The notes under the pieces were generated by a model that saw nothing but the letters and a program-made list of their open reading frames with translations, made no database searches and had not been told where the DNA came from. Position numbers and translations under genes: made by a program. From the NCBI GenBank assembly GCA_051362555.1, contig CM120643.1, positions 20,340,848 through 20,404,847 on the forward strand: a DNA stretch of 64,000 nt, in the 5' to 3' direction. Below, piece by piece: positions 14,151 to 28,809 of this stretch (its first letter is position 1; every line of letters starts with the position of its first letter). This stretch comes from Lingula anatina. Its lineage: Eukaryota; Animalia; Brachiopoda.

Positions 14151-17100
14151 TCAGAAGGGTAGGGAGAGGAGGAAGCATTCCTCACAAGCTCGTTTCCTTT
14201 TTAAGTAAAGTTGATTAATTGGGCCTATCGAGTTCGAGGGCTTCGTTTAGGTGACTCTTGTACGTAATAGCCAAAGAAGTAAGTTGTCAGTCTCCAAAGC
14301 CTAAGGGCCCCCTCCCAATGACACTTTCGGTCTACGTAGATCAATCCAACTCCGCGGGGACTCTCGCTGAATGTAATCAGATTAACTGAATAACATGCCT
14401 TCTCCTGGTTGACAGTAAGGATTAAAATTACAACCAGTATTACGCCTGTCGACTGGTATAGGCCTACTGAACTAATCCAGTCTAGACTGGTTCATTTTGA
14501 AACACTGACAAGTTGACAACATGGCTACGACAGCAATTACGTGAGAGAGAGTCCCTTGATGTCCTTTTTTTTCTTTTTCTTGAAGGATCTTTTTAGGATA
14601 CATTTTTCTAGTGTTTTGAAAAAAAAATATATATATAGTATAAATTTTTTGCTTACTTTGGAAAAAATGAAGTTCTTTTTTAACTCTTCGACCACCATAC
14701 TATTCAATAGTATTGTGTTCTGAAAGATCATACGCTGTACAGTTTCAGAAGAGGATCACGATGAAGCGTGTTGATGTCTATCATGGCTTAATGGGTGACA
14801 CCGAAGTTAATAATTTCCATCTACCGAGTAGCATTTTCTCATATTTACATGTGCAACATGTATAAACGGAACCATTAACCGCCTTTCATCCGAGATACGA
14901 TTCAAAAGGGCAGGTTTATAGAACTTAAGTGGAAATATTCAACTGGAATGAGAGCTCGGTGGAATTACCGACTGACTTCTGTATCAATTTCAGACCGTTT
15001 GATCTAAGATCCCATTACTTGAAACGCAATTCTCAAAGATTATCATGTTACTCATCAGAGGTAATAATTCACCGAACGAGACAACCTCGGCTTCTTAACG
15101 AGGAATCCTACAGTTTGTAACAGAATTTTAACCTGTCAGAGACACCAAAGAAGCATTTCAACAAAATACAGAACAAAGATGTTTAAATATATTCTCCGTA
15201 CACAGGGACGTCCAGTTTCCAGGTAGACGTAACATTCTTGGTTATTGCCATGGCAGGCGAAGACAACTCATTATCCCCCTGGACTAAAGTATTTAAATAA
15301 CGTTTACATAAATATGTGTCACCTGGCTTGTATTTGCTGTATACAGCTCTCTAAAGTTTGTCTTCATGGACTTTTTATGGCGTACTGGTGTCTCCAACGT
15401 GAAATATATCATTTAAATTGCACTTGTTAAAACTTAAGGCTTCATGGGCTTATAGACTTTAATAGGCCGTTGCCTTACACACATCAGGTCATACACGGCA
15501 TATAGGGGTAGAACGTGGCGTCAAGAACTACAACTCGACCCCTACGGGCCGACAAGGAAGCCATGTGTCGAAAATAATACGCAACTCTATGAAAAACGAT
15601 GGTCTGGAATCCTTCTTTATTTCAGGACACAGCTTACGACAACTTATTCAATCTATAATAATGACAGACAATCGATTTTGCGTGACCCATTGGTCTGTTA
15701 CATAAACTGATTGCATGAGGTGACTGACATCCCCTTTATTGATGCATCCTTGAGCAGCTTTATTGGAAAAATTAGTCAATTGATCATTCATTTAGCCATC
15801 CCTTTATTAGTGATTATCACGTTTCAAGGAGATGGGATTTTCAAAGAAAACACAGATTGTGCAAATGCTGTATATTATGTTGTAGTTGAAAGGGAAAAGA
15901 TTAACAGACGGATGGAGCCTGATTTTTTAGTGGCGGAGGGGCGGGGGTCTTGCTAAATATAGTTATGTAATCCTTGGTTGCATTGAAGGTTTTTCTAAGT
16001 CGTCTATCAAAAACATAAACAGTGCTCATGGTTTGAACTAAGAGTATCAGCACGAAAATCCATTCTAGATAAATAAAAAAGGGGGTTACGTTTTAGTTTA
16101 CGTTTTATTGTATATATTTATTACGGTATAATGTCGGTATTTTTTGTAACAGAGAAATCCACTCCCAAACGTGGCATAAGTTTGTATCTCAGGTATGTAT
16201 TATAATTATAAATAACTAAATATGATTAACAAATGATAAAAATTATACTCTGAATGAGTTAACATAAGTCATATAAAACAGCTGAATAAAATGGGACATA
16301 TTTACAAATATAAATTTAATATCATTGAAGAAACTACAAACACAAATGAATAATAAATAAAAGAATGAACACATAGAAATTATAAAATAAGAAACCTTTG
16401 GCAGTACCCCAAGTCATCCTACCTGGAATAACTCGTGTTTAATCAATCTTTATGAAAGATGGACCTGTTGAGACGTCCCTAACGTTGCACAAGTTTGTGT
16501 GCCGCAGGCTTGGCGAACGACGCCAGTCACGGAAACTGACGAAAACAGACGAACGTAATTCGGATAGATCTTTATTACAATGACCACAAAAAAAAAAAAA
16601 AAAAAAAAATCACACCTTAAAGCTTGCATGGATTGAACCTCTGTGACATCATATTTTACTCAAAAACGCTCCAGTCCAAAGCACAAAATAAAGTTAAAGG
16701 GATAGTAGCTATCCATTTTGGTGGGAAAAGTGTCATAAAACGGATTTTCCTGGGGTAAATGAGGATTTTTCCATACTTATAAATGGTTAATGAATCCGTT
16801 CCAACATTCAAAATTGGTCGATGTTTTTTTAATTTATTTTTCTAAGTTTGGTTTTTGTAACAATATCTAAAGAGATTATTACAGAGGGAAGCTATCTATG
16901 AAGGTCATGTGGTCTGATGGCAAGCACAGATTCCAGCATAATTGCGATAACCGCCGTTTTGGTGGTAAAATAGAAACTATTTTATTTTTGTGAGTTGTTT
17001 ACAATGTATTAATTGTGAAATATTAATCTCATACGAAGAACTGTTGTCTCTTTTAAGTTCTTGGCCTTCTGTTGAATAGAATAAAAAAGGGTCCAGTAGC

Positions 17101-17646
17101 CTATATACATGTAATTACACGGCCTTTACTTGGGATATACAACGCAACGACTTAAAGCTTGTTTTATTTGTTTTTTTTTATTTCTCAAAAATAGAATGTA
17201 ACCCTCTTTGTGCCTCGACGACAAAACATACGAAGTTTTAAAAAGTGATAAAAACTTTCACATTTATCTATATCTATAAATGCGACATTTATGTATTTGG
17301 CTTTCAGTACCTTGATGAGGGGATTTGGAAGCAGCTTTGTATTGCCAGTTCGGTCCGTATCGAAATGAAGATTAATGCCTTTAATTACGAGTGGAGTGAC
17401 CTTGCTCACACCAAATATGCTGCTTGATTTGAAAAGGCAGCTCTGTCTGGAATTATAAAGGATGAGCTTATTTCGTTTCCTAATAAAGAGAGCACTGAAT
17501 AGTTTGTGAGCTGTGAGAGATATAAAGTTTTGACATTGATTGTGATGTATATGATACTGTGTATTTGATTAGAGTGTATCCATTTCTATTTTGGTGTCAC
17601 TTTGCCACAAAAAGTAATTCGACATTGAGTTTTCAAGTGAAAATAA

Positions 17647-17650
<4 letters not shown>

Positions 17651-17729
<79 letters not shown>
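17651..17729. repeat. (AT)n microsatellite
   Basis: Directly visible. Confidence 0.95.
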
Positions 17730-17731
<2 letters not shown>

Positions 17732-18401
17732 TCAACAAAATAAATATATAAAGAAACCAAATGACTCAATATAAACCATTATGTGGTAAAATGTATAAAT
17801 GCAATAACGCAGATAAATGAAATACATGATAACTGAACGTTAGTTTATTGGAATAAAAATATAAATAAATGGCAAATTTTAACCTTTTACCTTTAAAAAA
17901 ACCTCTTTGACCTTTTATTTGTATTATACGTAGCTCGATCGAGACGTTATGTGACCGTGGTGATATACGCTTTATTCGGTGTTAGGGTTTGTTTCGGTGA
18001 AATGGGAGTACAAGTACTTTCTCTCGGTAAGGATGTCACATAATACACTGCCACTCTCTTGCCATATATGCCTTGAACACCTGTCTCACTGACGCTCGAG
18101 GTGTTCTGGTATATATCGCTCGGGGCGACAGGGCATTATCGCAAACTTTTTTTTAGTTTATTTCTGTCATTCCAGCAAATACAGTATAAGAAATTACACA
18201 CACTGGACAATAGAAGTGTCACCCCTCCTGAACCAATACTTTGGGGAAGATAAATGACTGATTCAGGGGGTGACACTTCTATTGTCCATTGTGTGTATAT
18301 ATACACATGTCTATATAACCTATTCAACGTACTCGTACATCCATACGCACATGATGAGTCACCTACTTAATATTATCGCATACTTAACCTCCTTAAACAA
18401 C

Positions 18402-18708
18402 CAGGGCTCCGTAACTCGAAAGCATCGCGAATTGCGAACGAACACAAGCGCCATAACTCGGCATTTACTCGCCCCATGCATACATAAAAGCCTCGAAAAT
18501 GAAAGCCGCAGGCCCGTAGCCAGGGGGGTTCGAAAGAACCACCCCTTTTGCCGGGAAAAGGTCCACTCTGGGTAAAATTTGATCTAGGTACATGAAGTTT
18601 TTTATGGAAAAAGGTTCACTTTTTCAGAAAAAGAACCCCCTTTTTGAAATTGCTGGCTACGGGCCTGAAAGGTGATATCGCCATTGCAATTCGAGTTACG
18701 GAGACCTG
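18402..18708. mobile_element. MITE containing a nested second MITE (18509-18667)
   Basis: Outer TIR cagggctccgtaactcgaa / ttcgagttacggagacctg; inner TIR caggcccgtagccag / ctggctacgggcctg. Confidence 0.8.
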
Positions 18709-20216
18709 TTCTAAATACTTGACTAAGTATTATCAACAGAGTGTACACTTGTTTTGTGTACTTAAGTTTATCAGTGTCACTTGATAAGGTTCAAGTCAGG
18801 ACACGTTGTTTGGTGGAACAGAGGTTCAAGTCTGTCTACATTGGAGCAGGTATGGTGGAGATATGTGTTGTCGATTAACGTATTTCTTTCTTATAAAGTA
18901 AATGTTTCGTTATGTTTCTTAATTTCGTTATTTCTTCTCGTGTCAGAGATCTGGTATGTGTAATGTACCTTGTATATGTAATGTAATATAATTTTGCCTT
19001 TTCACCAAAGCCACTCCAGTTAAAACCGATTATTAAAACCGATCCAGTTATTACCGACTGGTAATTTCACCCTTTCAAACTACCATTTCAAATTCATACA
19101 GGCAGGCAAATATAGAACTCTTACTAAATGCAGGTACGGGAGAAATTGCTCTGGAATTTAATCAAACTATTGACAGTGAAAATCAATTTTATGAAATAAA
19201 GGTGTTAGTGGTTATAGGCTACATGAAGTTGACAAACAACCCTTAAAGTTACATATGAAGAGAGCGTAGATTCTCTGTAACACATGTAGGTCACTGGTAC
19301 TACCAGTATCTCGCACAATTCACATTAAGTCCACTTGCCAAATGATAAACCGAATTAATCACTCGATCAGTCGAAAAAGCTTTCAAACTGAACCTTCTTT
19401 CAATTTCAGGTCGTACACTTGGCCTATTTATCGTGCCTCAAGTTCGTAGTTGGTCAAATAGTAATGAGGCTGGCAGAAACGAGCGAGGGCTAAATATAGC
19501 ACAGAAAAATAGCAGGAAATATCTGCCCAAGTATATTTTTCGTGGAATGTAACAAACGATACCCTTTGAGTTACGCTTTAAGTTACGCTGTTTGAAACTA
19601 TATGGTGCATATGGCCTTTGGTTGGACTTAGTGGGAAATATTTGATATGTCAACTCGCTTCAAATACATCTTTATTCTGTCTGTGGTGGGTTCTAGTTGA
19701 CAAGTAGAGGTTATCAGGCAATAATTAACTACTTTGTGAATAAGTAACTATTTTGACCTCGGCTAAGGTATGATACTAGGCAATCCCTGTTTCTGTTATC
19801 CCGGGGTTCCGATATAGGTAAATGTACCAGTTACATGTCGTTGGAGGTAGACAAACTAACTTTAGAGGCATAAGCAGGATCTACGCTGGGTATCAAGGTT
19901 GGTCTTGTCATTTCTTTTGAATAGGCAATGGATGCTGAGTCTTTCAGTTATGAAAAGCTTTAAAAGACGGGAGGGGGTACTATTTTTCAAAACCCACCTA
20001 GGAGATGACGGTGTTGTTCTGAAAAAAAAAAAAAATAATAAAATAAAATAAAATAAAATAAAATACAGGGTACAGGGCAGTGGTTATGCTCAAGAATCGC
20101 CAATAAGAAATAGACATTAATTATCATCATGATGTTCTTTTTAGGTGACATTATTCGTTCATATTTGAAACTGACTGCCACACCTGTAACTGAAGCATAA
20201 CAAAGAGCAAATAAAA

Positions 20217-21674
20217 ATGGAAGAGGGAGACGAAAGATCACCACTGATGTACCATGGCAATGTTGAAGTGCGGGACAAGTACAGCAGCAATGGAACAGGT
20301 GTTCTGGAGACCGGTCGCGACTACTACCATCCACAGACCGGGAATGCTGAAATAACTGGCGGCGACGTCGAACGGCCAAAATACAAAGCAAGATGGCCCA
20401 TAACTGTGGAACCTTACTTGTTCCTCTATTGTTTCTCTTTGTTTGGTGTGGTGCCTTTGCAAATTCAGTACATTTATTTGAAGGTCGCAGAGGAAATGGG
20501 CTATGTTCCTGCAAGTAACAGTACTAGTTCTAGCCAGTCGCCTTGCGCTGACGTCAACAAGTCCAGCCCGGATTACATTTTGCAGCAGCAGGTACAGGCC
20601 GAATCCTCAAACTGGAGCATGTATTTTTCCATATGCTCCACAATCACGTCCGTTTTCGTGACGATCTTTTACGGCGCCCACAGCGACAAGGGCGGCAGGA
20701 GACTTTCCCTTCTCCTTCCAACCGTTGGCGGTCTTATAAAACTAGGTGGCTACGTCATAGCCATTTATTTCAAATGGCCTCTTTGGGCACTGCTACCAAT
20801 GTCTTTCATAGAAGGTTTATTCGGGCAGTATGCTACTGCCTTAATGGCTGCCTTCGCTTACCTCGCAGACGTTTGTACATCCAAAAATAAGGCGATCAGA
20901 ATCTTAATTGCAGAGGCAGCCCTTGGAATTGCAGCCGCCATTTCGAATGTGAGTGTTGGAATATTGATCAAAGCATTCCCAACCTTTGTCGAACCTGCAG
21001 CAATGTTAGCGGGAATTATGCTGTTAGCTCTCTTATACACTATAGCATTCCTACCGGAACTTGGGGAGAAAGATCCCTCGGCAAAATTGATCGACTGCTC
21101 AAATGCTTTAAAAGTTGGGAAACTTTTCCTTCATGGAGCAGATGACAAAGATACCGGGCGGGTATGGAAACTGCGCCTTCTACTGCTGGTGTTTTTATTT
21201 TGTGCAATACCAGTAGTTTCCGCAGGCAGTTTGGATATACTGTATGTAATGAACTCACCATTCTGCTGGGATAGTGTACGCATTGGATACTATAACTCTA
21301 TTAAATTCATCGGATATGAGGTAAGGTCATATTTCACGTTACTATCTTGTCATAATTGTATAAACTCTTAGATGTCTGATGTGACTAAAATTTATGTTTC
21401 AACTGCTTGAAAATAAATAGTTAAATGTTTTTGTTTTTGTTGTTAATTTCATTTTTTTTTTCCTATTCATATATCAAAGGTATGTGCAGTGGCAGGCCTA
21501 TTCGCCATGCGCCGTTGGCTAAAATTATCTGAAGTCACCGTAGTCATGGTTTCCTGTATAAGCGCATTGGGAGCAAGAATTATGTTAGCCTTGGCACAGA
21601 CAGATACCTTGATTTATATTGGTAAGATATTTTCGGATATTAACATTTATTTTAAAAAATTGCCACCCACGTGC

Positions 21675-21716
<42 letters not shown>

Positions 21717-22742
21717 CATTATGCTAATAACATAGGCCTATTACTAAAATCCTATATTCCAGAGACCGCTGTCGGGTGTCTTTTCATGCTGGCTGTGCCC
21801 ATGTTGAGAGCTGTGCTGTCGAAACTAGCAACAAACCAAGAACAAGGTATTATAAGATAGTGGAATTAAACTCACTTCTCTTTCATCTTCTTACGTTTTA
21901 CAAGCCAAGGGCCGTCGAAGGTTTTATAGGGGTCATTAGTCGCCGAACATTTTTGTTTAGATTTATGTGATAAAACGCACACCTTGAACTTAACACCTTA
22001 ATAAAGCTTTTTATAAATCCTTGACATTTCAAAAATTTATCACTTTGATAAGTCCTAGGCAAAGCCATTAGAATTTTTCATTCTACCAACCTATTTTTTA
22101 TCTTTCCGGCTCGAATAACATCAACGTTTTCCTAATTCATCATTCTGATAGTCTGAATCGAGCAAAGTTTTCTTATTAATTTTTTTTGGGGGAGGGAGGG
22201 TGTCTTAATTTTTTAATGCATTTGCTAAACATTGTATTAACATTAGCATTAAGGGACTTTTCTACGGTACTATCCTTGGTAGCATGCACTACTGGTTACC
22301 TAATGCTTAATGTGTGAAAGCGAAATCCTCCAACCTCTAATCTAGGTACATGTATATTCCAGGTGCGCTGTTCGCCAGTATATCGTTTATGGAGAACGCA
22401 GGTGGTCTCATTGGGAGCGTAGTACTTAGTAGTATATACGCAGGAACGGTGGCGTGGTTTCGAGGATTCGTACAGATGGTCATTGGTGGACTGTATCTTC
22501 TATCTTTGATATTATTGGGGTATTTAGTTTATTGATCAATCAATCAATCAATCAATCTATCTATCTATCTATTATTATTATATTTTTATGAAATTCACAC
22601 GTTTTTGTCTTTGGTTTCATGTTTTGAGTTCTGTTTTTTTTCTACTGCCAGTGTTTACAGCTGCAGAATTCGCAGTTCTGGCCTCAAAACGTCAGCAGTT
22701 CCCAGTTGGGGAGACAGGGAGGCACCATACAGCGTGCAGTAA
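20217..22742 (+). CDS. SLC46 family MFS transporter (PCFT/SLC46A1/A3-like), copy 1
   Basis: Coding exons 20217-21320, 21480-21621, 21763-21846, 22363-22519 and 22652-22742 join in frame through GT-AG introns. Family motifs: TVEPYLFLY, QQVQAESSNW, GAHSDKGGRR (DxxGRR), AYLAD, LYVMNSPFCWDS..IGY, EQGALFA. A putative non-coding first exon ends at 18849 (donor gtatgg) with an acceptor at 20144. Confidence 0.92.
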
Positions 22743-24221
22743 TAGTGGCCAATGCTAGAAGATAAGGGGGAACACCTTTGAATTTCAAAAGGCCCGCAGT
22801 GACTCCTCTCTACTTGCACTAAAAGGAGTATATATGGTCACCGCTGAAACTCAAAAGTAAATTGGTCTACTAAACGCCCCGAGGTGTATTGTGCGTTTTT
22901 TGACCGGAAAAGCGCGTAAAATGGGTATTTTGACGATGTTACATGTATGATGATGTTGTTTTTATGATAACGACATTCCCTTTTGGTGAAGTTTAATGTT
23001 TCTTTAATTTATTGTGACAAACTTCGATCATGTAAATTATATCATTTAGTAATAAATTCAAAGTAATATATTAGACTATGTATGTTATGATGTAGCTTTT
23101 ATTGAATTTTAACATGTAGTGACATCCGCTGATTTCATGTTGTCTTTGAAATGGAGTAATGGTTATAAATACATAAGCATTTTGTATAAAGAGAGCTTTT
23201 TAGTTGTGAATTCGAATAGTCTTTTGTGTGTGTGTGTGTGTGTGTGTGTTGTTTGTTACCTTTAGATGCGTGATAAAATTGGACCAACAGAAAGACGGAC
23301 TGTACTTGCTCAGATTAAAATATGTATTCAGACCAACTATTTATTTCACAATTCCTCCTATTGTAGTTTTCTTTAAGGAATTTCCGATATATTCGGTATT
23401 GAGGATGTACACTTACATGATGAAATTTCAAAAGGGTGATATTTATACCACCCAAATCACGCATTCCAAAACTCAAAACGACTAATCCCAGGCAAAATCT
23501 GTGAGAGCACTACCCTGAATGGAAAATGTGTGAAGCTCGATTGAAAGGGTCTGATTGCGGTAGAGAAGTATTTACCATTGTGTTGTGGAATTCCGCCAAT
23601 TTTGCTGACGAAGGCAAATGCCTGAATTGAAGAGATGCTAAAGGTGTAGGTTCCGTTAAATCTGACCGTATAAATTATAGTTGACATTTTGAAAGGGCGG
23701 AATTAACTGTTTAAAAAAAATTCTCGATTGCATTTGGAAATGGCTTCGGTGCAAAGGCATAATGACAAGATTTCTAAACTGAATTATTAATGAAACATTT
23801 CATATGATCGGAATAAGTCAATCAGCAAGAAATGTTAACCTGCTCCAATATAGCCTGGCTCAAACCTTAGTCAGGCGACACTGATATATCTATCATACAC
23901 AAAACAAATTTACACTTTGCATTGCGTTGATATACTTAGTCTAGTGCGTATTTAGAACAGGACATTTAAGGAGGAGATTACATTTTACGATTGAAGCTGA
24001 TAAAAGGTTATTGAGTTCAAAAAGTTAAAGTGGGAACATATATGAATAACCTTGAATCCTAACTATTAAATTTTTCATTTAATCATTATCTATTGATTTT
24101 CTCAAGGCGTAATTAACTGCAATTAAAGATATTGTATTAACATGTTTATGTATTTATTCTTCTCAACACCAGTCAAACCAGGTTACAGTTAATATTTTAA
24201 AACTTGCTCTGTAAACTTATA

Positions 24222-26438
24222 CAGTGCCGCCGGAATGTCCCCTTACCAAATGGCCGTATGGTTTCCCAACCCTGCCCCATATGGTCGAACAATAGAGGCC
24301 GTATGATAATTACAGGGTAGGGGAATCCCCAAGCAATCCTTATCGGACACCCAAATTAGTCGGTTCAACGAACACGGTCTGCCCCTTCTTAATTGCCTCA
24401 CTTAAGGTTTCTATTATAGCTGATGCAAAGAGATTGCTATCGACACGAGCAAACAATACCGGGTTATGTATCAACTGCAACAGAAGACTCGAGTAAAGGC
24501 AAGTCAAATATTAGAACAAAACTCTGAAGAACAAATCAGGCTTAGTTTTAAAACACGTATAACAATTTTATTTGATGATAATAAGTCACGATCAACAAAA
24601 GCGTAGTTAAAATGGAAAATTTTAAATAGCTAATACATCAAATAAATATCAATGTCTCATTACCTTTATTACATGTGTTGCTAGTTTAGTAGCCTGATGC
24701 ACGACCTTCTCTCTCAAGTACCGCTGGAATCACCTTCTTTAGGTGATTAATATATTTATTACTGTATAATACACTTTTCTGCGTTAATATGGTCATCTCC
24801 TCGTCTATAACGTTCATGTGGCGCAGGTCAACCTTTGAGGGACGTCCACTTCGTGGCTTATCTGCAATACCAAGCCCTTCGTCGTATTTCTTTAACGCAT
24901 AGTAAATGGCTTGTCGCGACACTTTATGGCCTTCATTTTCCATTTGTGCGGTTATGTTTTTAATTCGCACCCCTTGTTCTCGGAGGGCGATGACACGCAG
25001 ACGCACGTAATCGCTAAGAGGCATCTTGGAATTGTGATGATTTGGAAAATTTGAGTGTCGATTTATACCGTTCACTTGGCAGGTGACACGATGGCATGGA
25101 AATCAGTGACATAAACATGTCATATTAAAAAAAAATACTTATTGGCCATTTAGGAAGTCCAGATACACAAACAATCCTGTTGACACGTGTCAGTTGATTT
25201 AGAATTATGTGCAATTGATTAGTTTGGATTGAAGAGCGTCATCGCAATGTTAACATTAATTTTAGACGACGCGTGTCACACAGTAGTGATTATGTAATAG
25301 TCAGGGCTTAATTACTGTGTTTACCCAGCATGAATAAAGCTAACCTGAACTGATTGTTAATTAATGTGAGATGACACGTGCCAACCAGTGAAGTTAGCCC
25401 GAGAGATTGTAATCCAGTTTTTTTAATTAATTTCTTTTGATGCGTTTAAGTATGAAGAAGGCTTTTGGTTAAGTTTGGGCTTTAGATCGTAAAGATGAAC
25501 TATTCCTATCGTTTTGAATTACATATCAAACAATGATAGAGAAACAATTCCTACTTTGTGTCCTACAGAATCAAGGAATCAGTCTTTCGGCCGGCCACCC
25601 GTCGCCTTGTCAAATAAAGAAATATTCGAAATTCGACAACGGGCCAGTTCCCCAGCAACTTTTGCGTTCAGTTGATGGGAAGGTTGTTTACGATTGATGA
25701 ACGAATAAGAATGGACAGAAATGTTACGGGTGTAGATGGGAGAGATCCTATATGCAAATAAAGACTGAACTATATTAAAGATTTGGCTAACAAAATGTTT
25801 ATCACTGAAACAACTGACAAGTCTTTTTGAAAAAAATGCATTTCGTCTATGAACAAACCTAATAGAAATATAAGGACATACTATAAAAATAAATTTCAAT
25901 CTTGTTAATAATATGTATATAGTAAAGACAGTTTGAAGCGTAATAAATATTACATGTACAAGTAGTGTTTTATTTGATCTTTAATAAATTCATAAATTAA
26001 TTTATTAAACTCTATGTAAATTCAATCAATTCATAGCTACAATGTACACGAAAATTGCTGTCATCACCGAATCTTTTTGGTAAAGCGACTTTTAAAAATC
26101 ACTGTTGGCAAGTTCTTATACTTAAAATCTCCGTATCAGAGTAGAGTGATCAAAGTAGAGTGAAGCCACCGCGCATTAAAGGTCAATTAACGCTTGGACG
26201 AACACTTAATTGCGAGCACGCTCACCTTCGATCTTTATCTCAGCGAGCTAGGGTTAGGCTCTTTTGTTAGCAGAAAGTTTGTCACGATAATTGCCCGACG
26301 GGCAGGGTATGGAACTATTGTTAACAGAAACCAAACAGCGTATGGATGACAATGTTATTTCCATAGTAACCGAGCCAGGCCGTCCGTAAAACCCGCAGCG
26401 ACCCGGAGGGTAAGTAAGGGGAGATTCCGGCGGCACTG
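24222..26438 (-). mobile_element. Internally deleted Tc1/mariner-superfamily DNA transposon (2217 bp)
   Basis: 25-bp TIRs cagtgccgccggaat(g/c)tccccttac with one mismatch, TA duplicated at both ends (24220-21, 26439-40), and a transposase N-terminal fragment inside. Confidence 0.92.
24686..25024 (-). pseudogene. Truncated Tc1-like transposase (paired-like HTH DNA-binding domain only)
   Basis: MPLSDYVRLRVIALREQG...VSRQAIYYALKKYDEGLGIADKPRSGRPSK: an HTH followed by a GRPR-like linker. No DDE catalytic domain follows. Confidence 0.8.
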
Positions 26439-27310
26439 TATGAGCCAGATCTATTTACATTTGCTGAAAATCCCTTTTTTCATTGAAACAGGTGATTGCG
26501 ATCGTTTCGTTTCTTTTCTTTAACATAATTTAAGTGGCGATTATATGAGTCAGATCTATTATCCTTTTCATGATCACGCACACGCTTACTCACAGCTGCA
26601 CACATACAAGATAACAATAAAGAGAAACGTAATAGTTTCGCTTTTTTCGCTTCGGTCGGATTTCACTCTTATGACTCAAAACCTTTTGTGAGGATTTTTA
26701 AAAAAGAAATAACACTATCATAACAGTAGCAGGTCTACATTTCAGCAAGGTGAGTTTTGCTATTCCGGGTACGAAAGTTATGCGATATTTTGTGCCTTGT
26801 ATCGAAAGTACAATGATTTCAGAATTCACTGGAAATTATCTTCCACTATAAGTACGGCCTCGCCATTCCCAGTCCAGTCACTGGAAACGGTGGAGGCATG
26901 CTGATGGCAAGGGTTATTTTCCAGTACACTTGAAACACACTAATCTATAAAGTCGACTCCTGTTCCGAGTTCATGACTCCACAATCAGCATGTTTGTTTC
27001 ACGTACACTCTCTCTGAGTTGAAGAAATTATTGAGAACTGATTCTGCTGTTTTCATTTATATAAAATTTATGCTAAAAATTGAGCTGAAATCCCACATAT
27101 AACTGTGAAACTCAGGTTGGAAGTGACAGACAAGGTCAGCTCGACTGGACATTCGTTTAGAACTTAAATTTAAATCGAATAAAATTTCAAGTGAAGGGAC
27201 GGGTCAAGCAATGTATCATAATTCATTTTGACGTTAAAATCCTTACGATCTTTTCAGGTGGCTTTACATGTTCATCTTTGCAAGCGATCACCACTACACC
27301 GCCATTTAAA

Positions 27311-28762
27311 ATGGGAGGCGGAGGCGAAAGATCACCACTGATGTACCATGGCAATGTTGAAGCGCGGGACAAGTACAGCAGCAATGGAACAGGTGTCCTG
27401 GAGACTGGTCACGACTACTACCATCCACAGACCGGGAATGCTGAAATAACTGGTGGCGACGTCGAACGGCCAAAATACAAAGCAAGATGGCCCATAACTG
27501 TGGAACCTTACTTGTTCCTTTATTGTTTCTCTTTGTGTGGTGTGGTGCCTTTGCAAATTCAGTACATTTATTTGAAGGTCGCTGAAGAAAAGGGCTATGA
27601 TCCAGAAGGTAACAGTTCTAGCCAGGCACCCTGTGCTGACGTCAACAAATCAAGCCTGGATTACATTTTGCAGCAGCAGGTACAGGCCGAATCCTCAAAC
27701 TGGAGCATGTATTTTTCCATATGCTCCACAGTCACGTCCGTTTTCATGACAGTTTTTTACGGCGCCCACAGCGACAAGGGCGGCAGGAGACTTTCCCTTC
27801 TCCTTCCAATAATCGGCAGTCTTATAAAACTAGTTGGCTACGTCATAGGTATTTATTTCAAATGGCCTCTTTGGGCACTGCTACCAATATCTTTCATAGA
27901 AGGTTTATTTGGACTGGATGCTACTGCGTTAATGGCTGCCTTCGCTTACCTCGCAGACATTTCTACATCCAAAAACAAGGCGGTAAGAATCTTCATTGCA
28001 GAGTCATCCATCATATTTGCAGCCGCCGTTTCGAATATGAGTGTTGGAATATTGATCAAAACCTTTGTCGAACCTGCAGCGATGTTAGTGGGAATTATGC
28101 TGTTAGCTCTCTTATACACTATAGCATTCCTACCGGAACTTGGGGAGAAAGATCCCTCGGCAAAATTAATCGACTGCTCAAATGCTTTAAAAGTCGGGAA
28201 ACTTTTCCTTCATGGAGCAGATGAAAAAGGTACCGGGCGGGTATGGAAACTGCGCCTTCTTTTGCCTGTGTTTTTATTTTGTGCTATACCAGTAGTTTCC
28301 ACGGGCAGTTTGGATATACTGTATGTAATGAACTCACCATTCTGCTGGGATAGTGAACATATTGGCTACTATAATGCTGTTAGCTTCATAGGATACGAGG
28401 TAAGATGATATTTCATATTATATCATGTTAGAATTCGTTGCAGTTAACATTTTCGGTGTCTGGTGTGACTTAAATATTTGTTCAAATTCCTTGAAAAAAT
28501 AGCTTAATGCTTTTGTTTTTTGTTTTCTTTTTTTTCATTTTGATTTCTTTCCTATTCATTTTTTTAGGTATGTGCATTGGCAGGGCTATTCGCCATGCGC
28601 AGCTGGATAAAAATGTCGGAAGTCACCGTTGCCATGGTTTCCTGTATAAGCACATTGGGTGCAAGAATTATGTTAGCCTTGGCGCAGACAGATACCTTCA
28701 TTTACATTGGTAAGATTTGTTTTGTTATTAATATCGATAAATGACTCCCTTCGTGCCTCCCC

Positions 28763-28809
<47 letters not shown>

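Noticed and set aside
13969-17774. Poly-K, poly-F and (YI)n ORFs
   Set aside because: Translations of homopolymer and dinucleotide microsatellites.
19987-21261. Antisense and alternate-frame ORFs over the large SLC46 exon (also 27332-28224 and 47531-48146)
   Set aside because: Shadow ORFs of real coding exons with no recognisable domains.
27191-27310. N-terminal extension of SLC46 copy 2 in the ORF track
   Set aside because: It starts at GTG within an intron; the acceptor at 27257 and homology with copy 1 place the start at ATG 27311.
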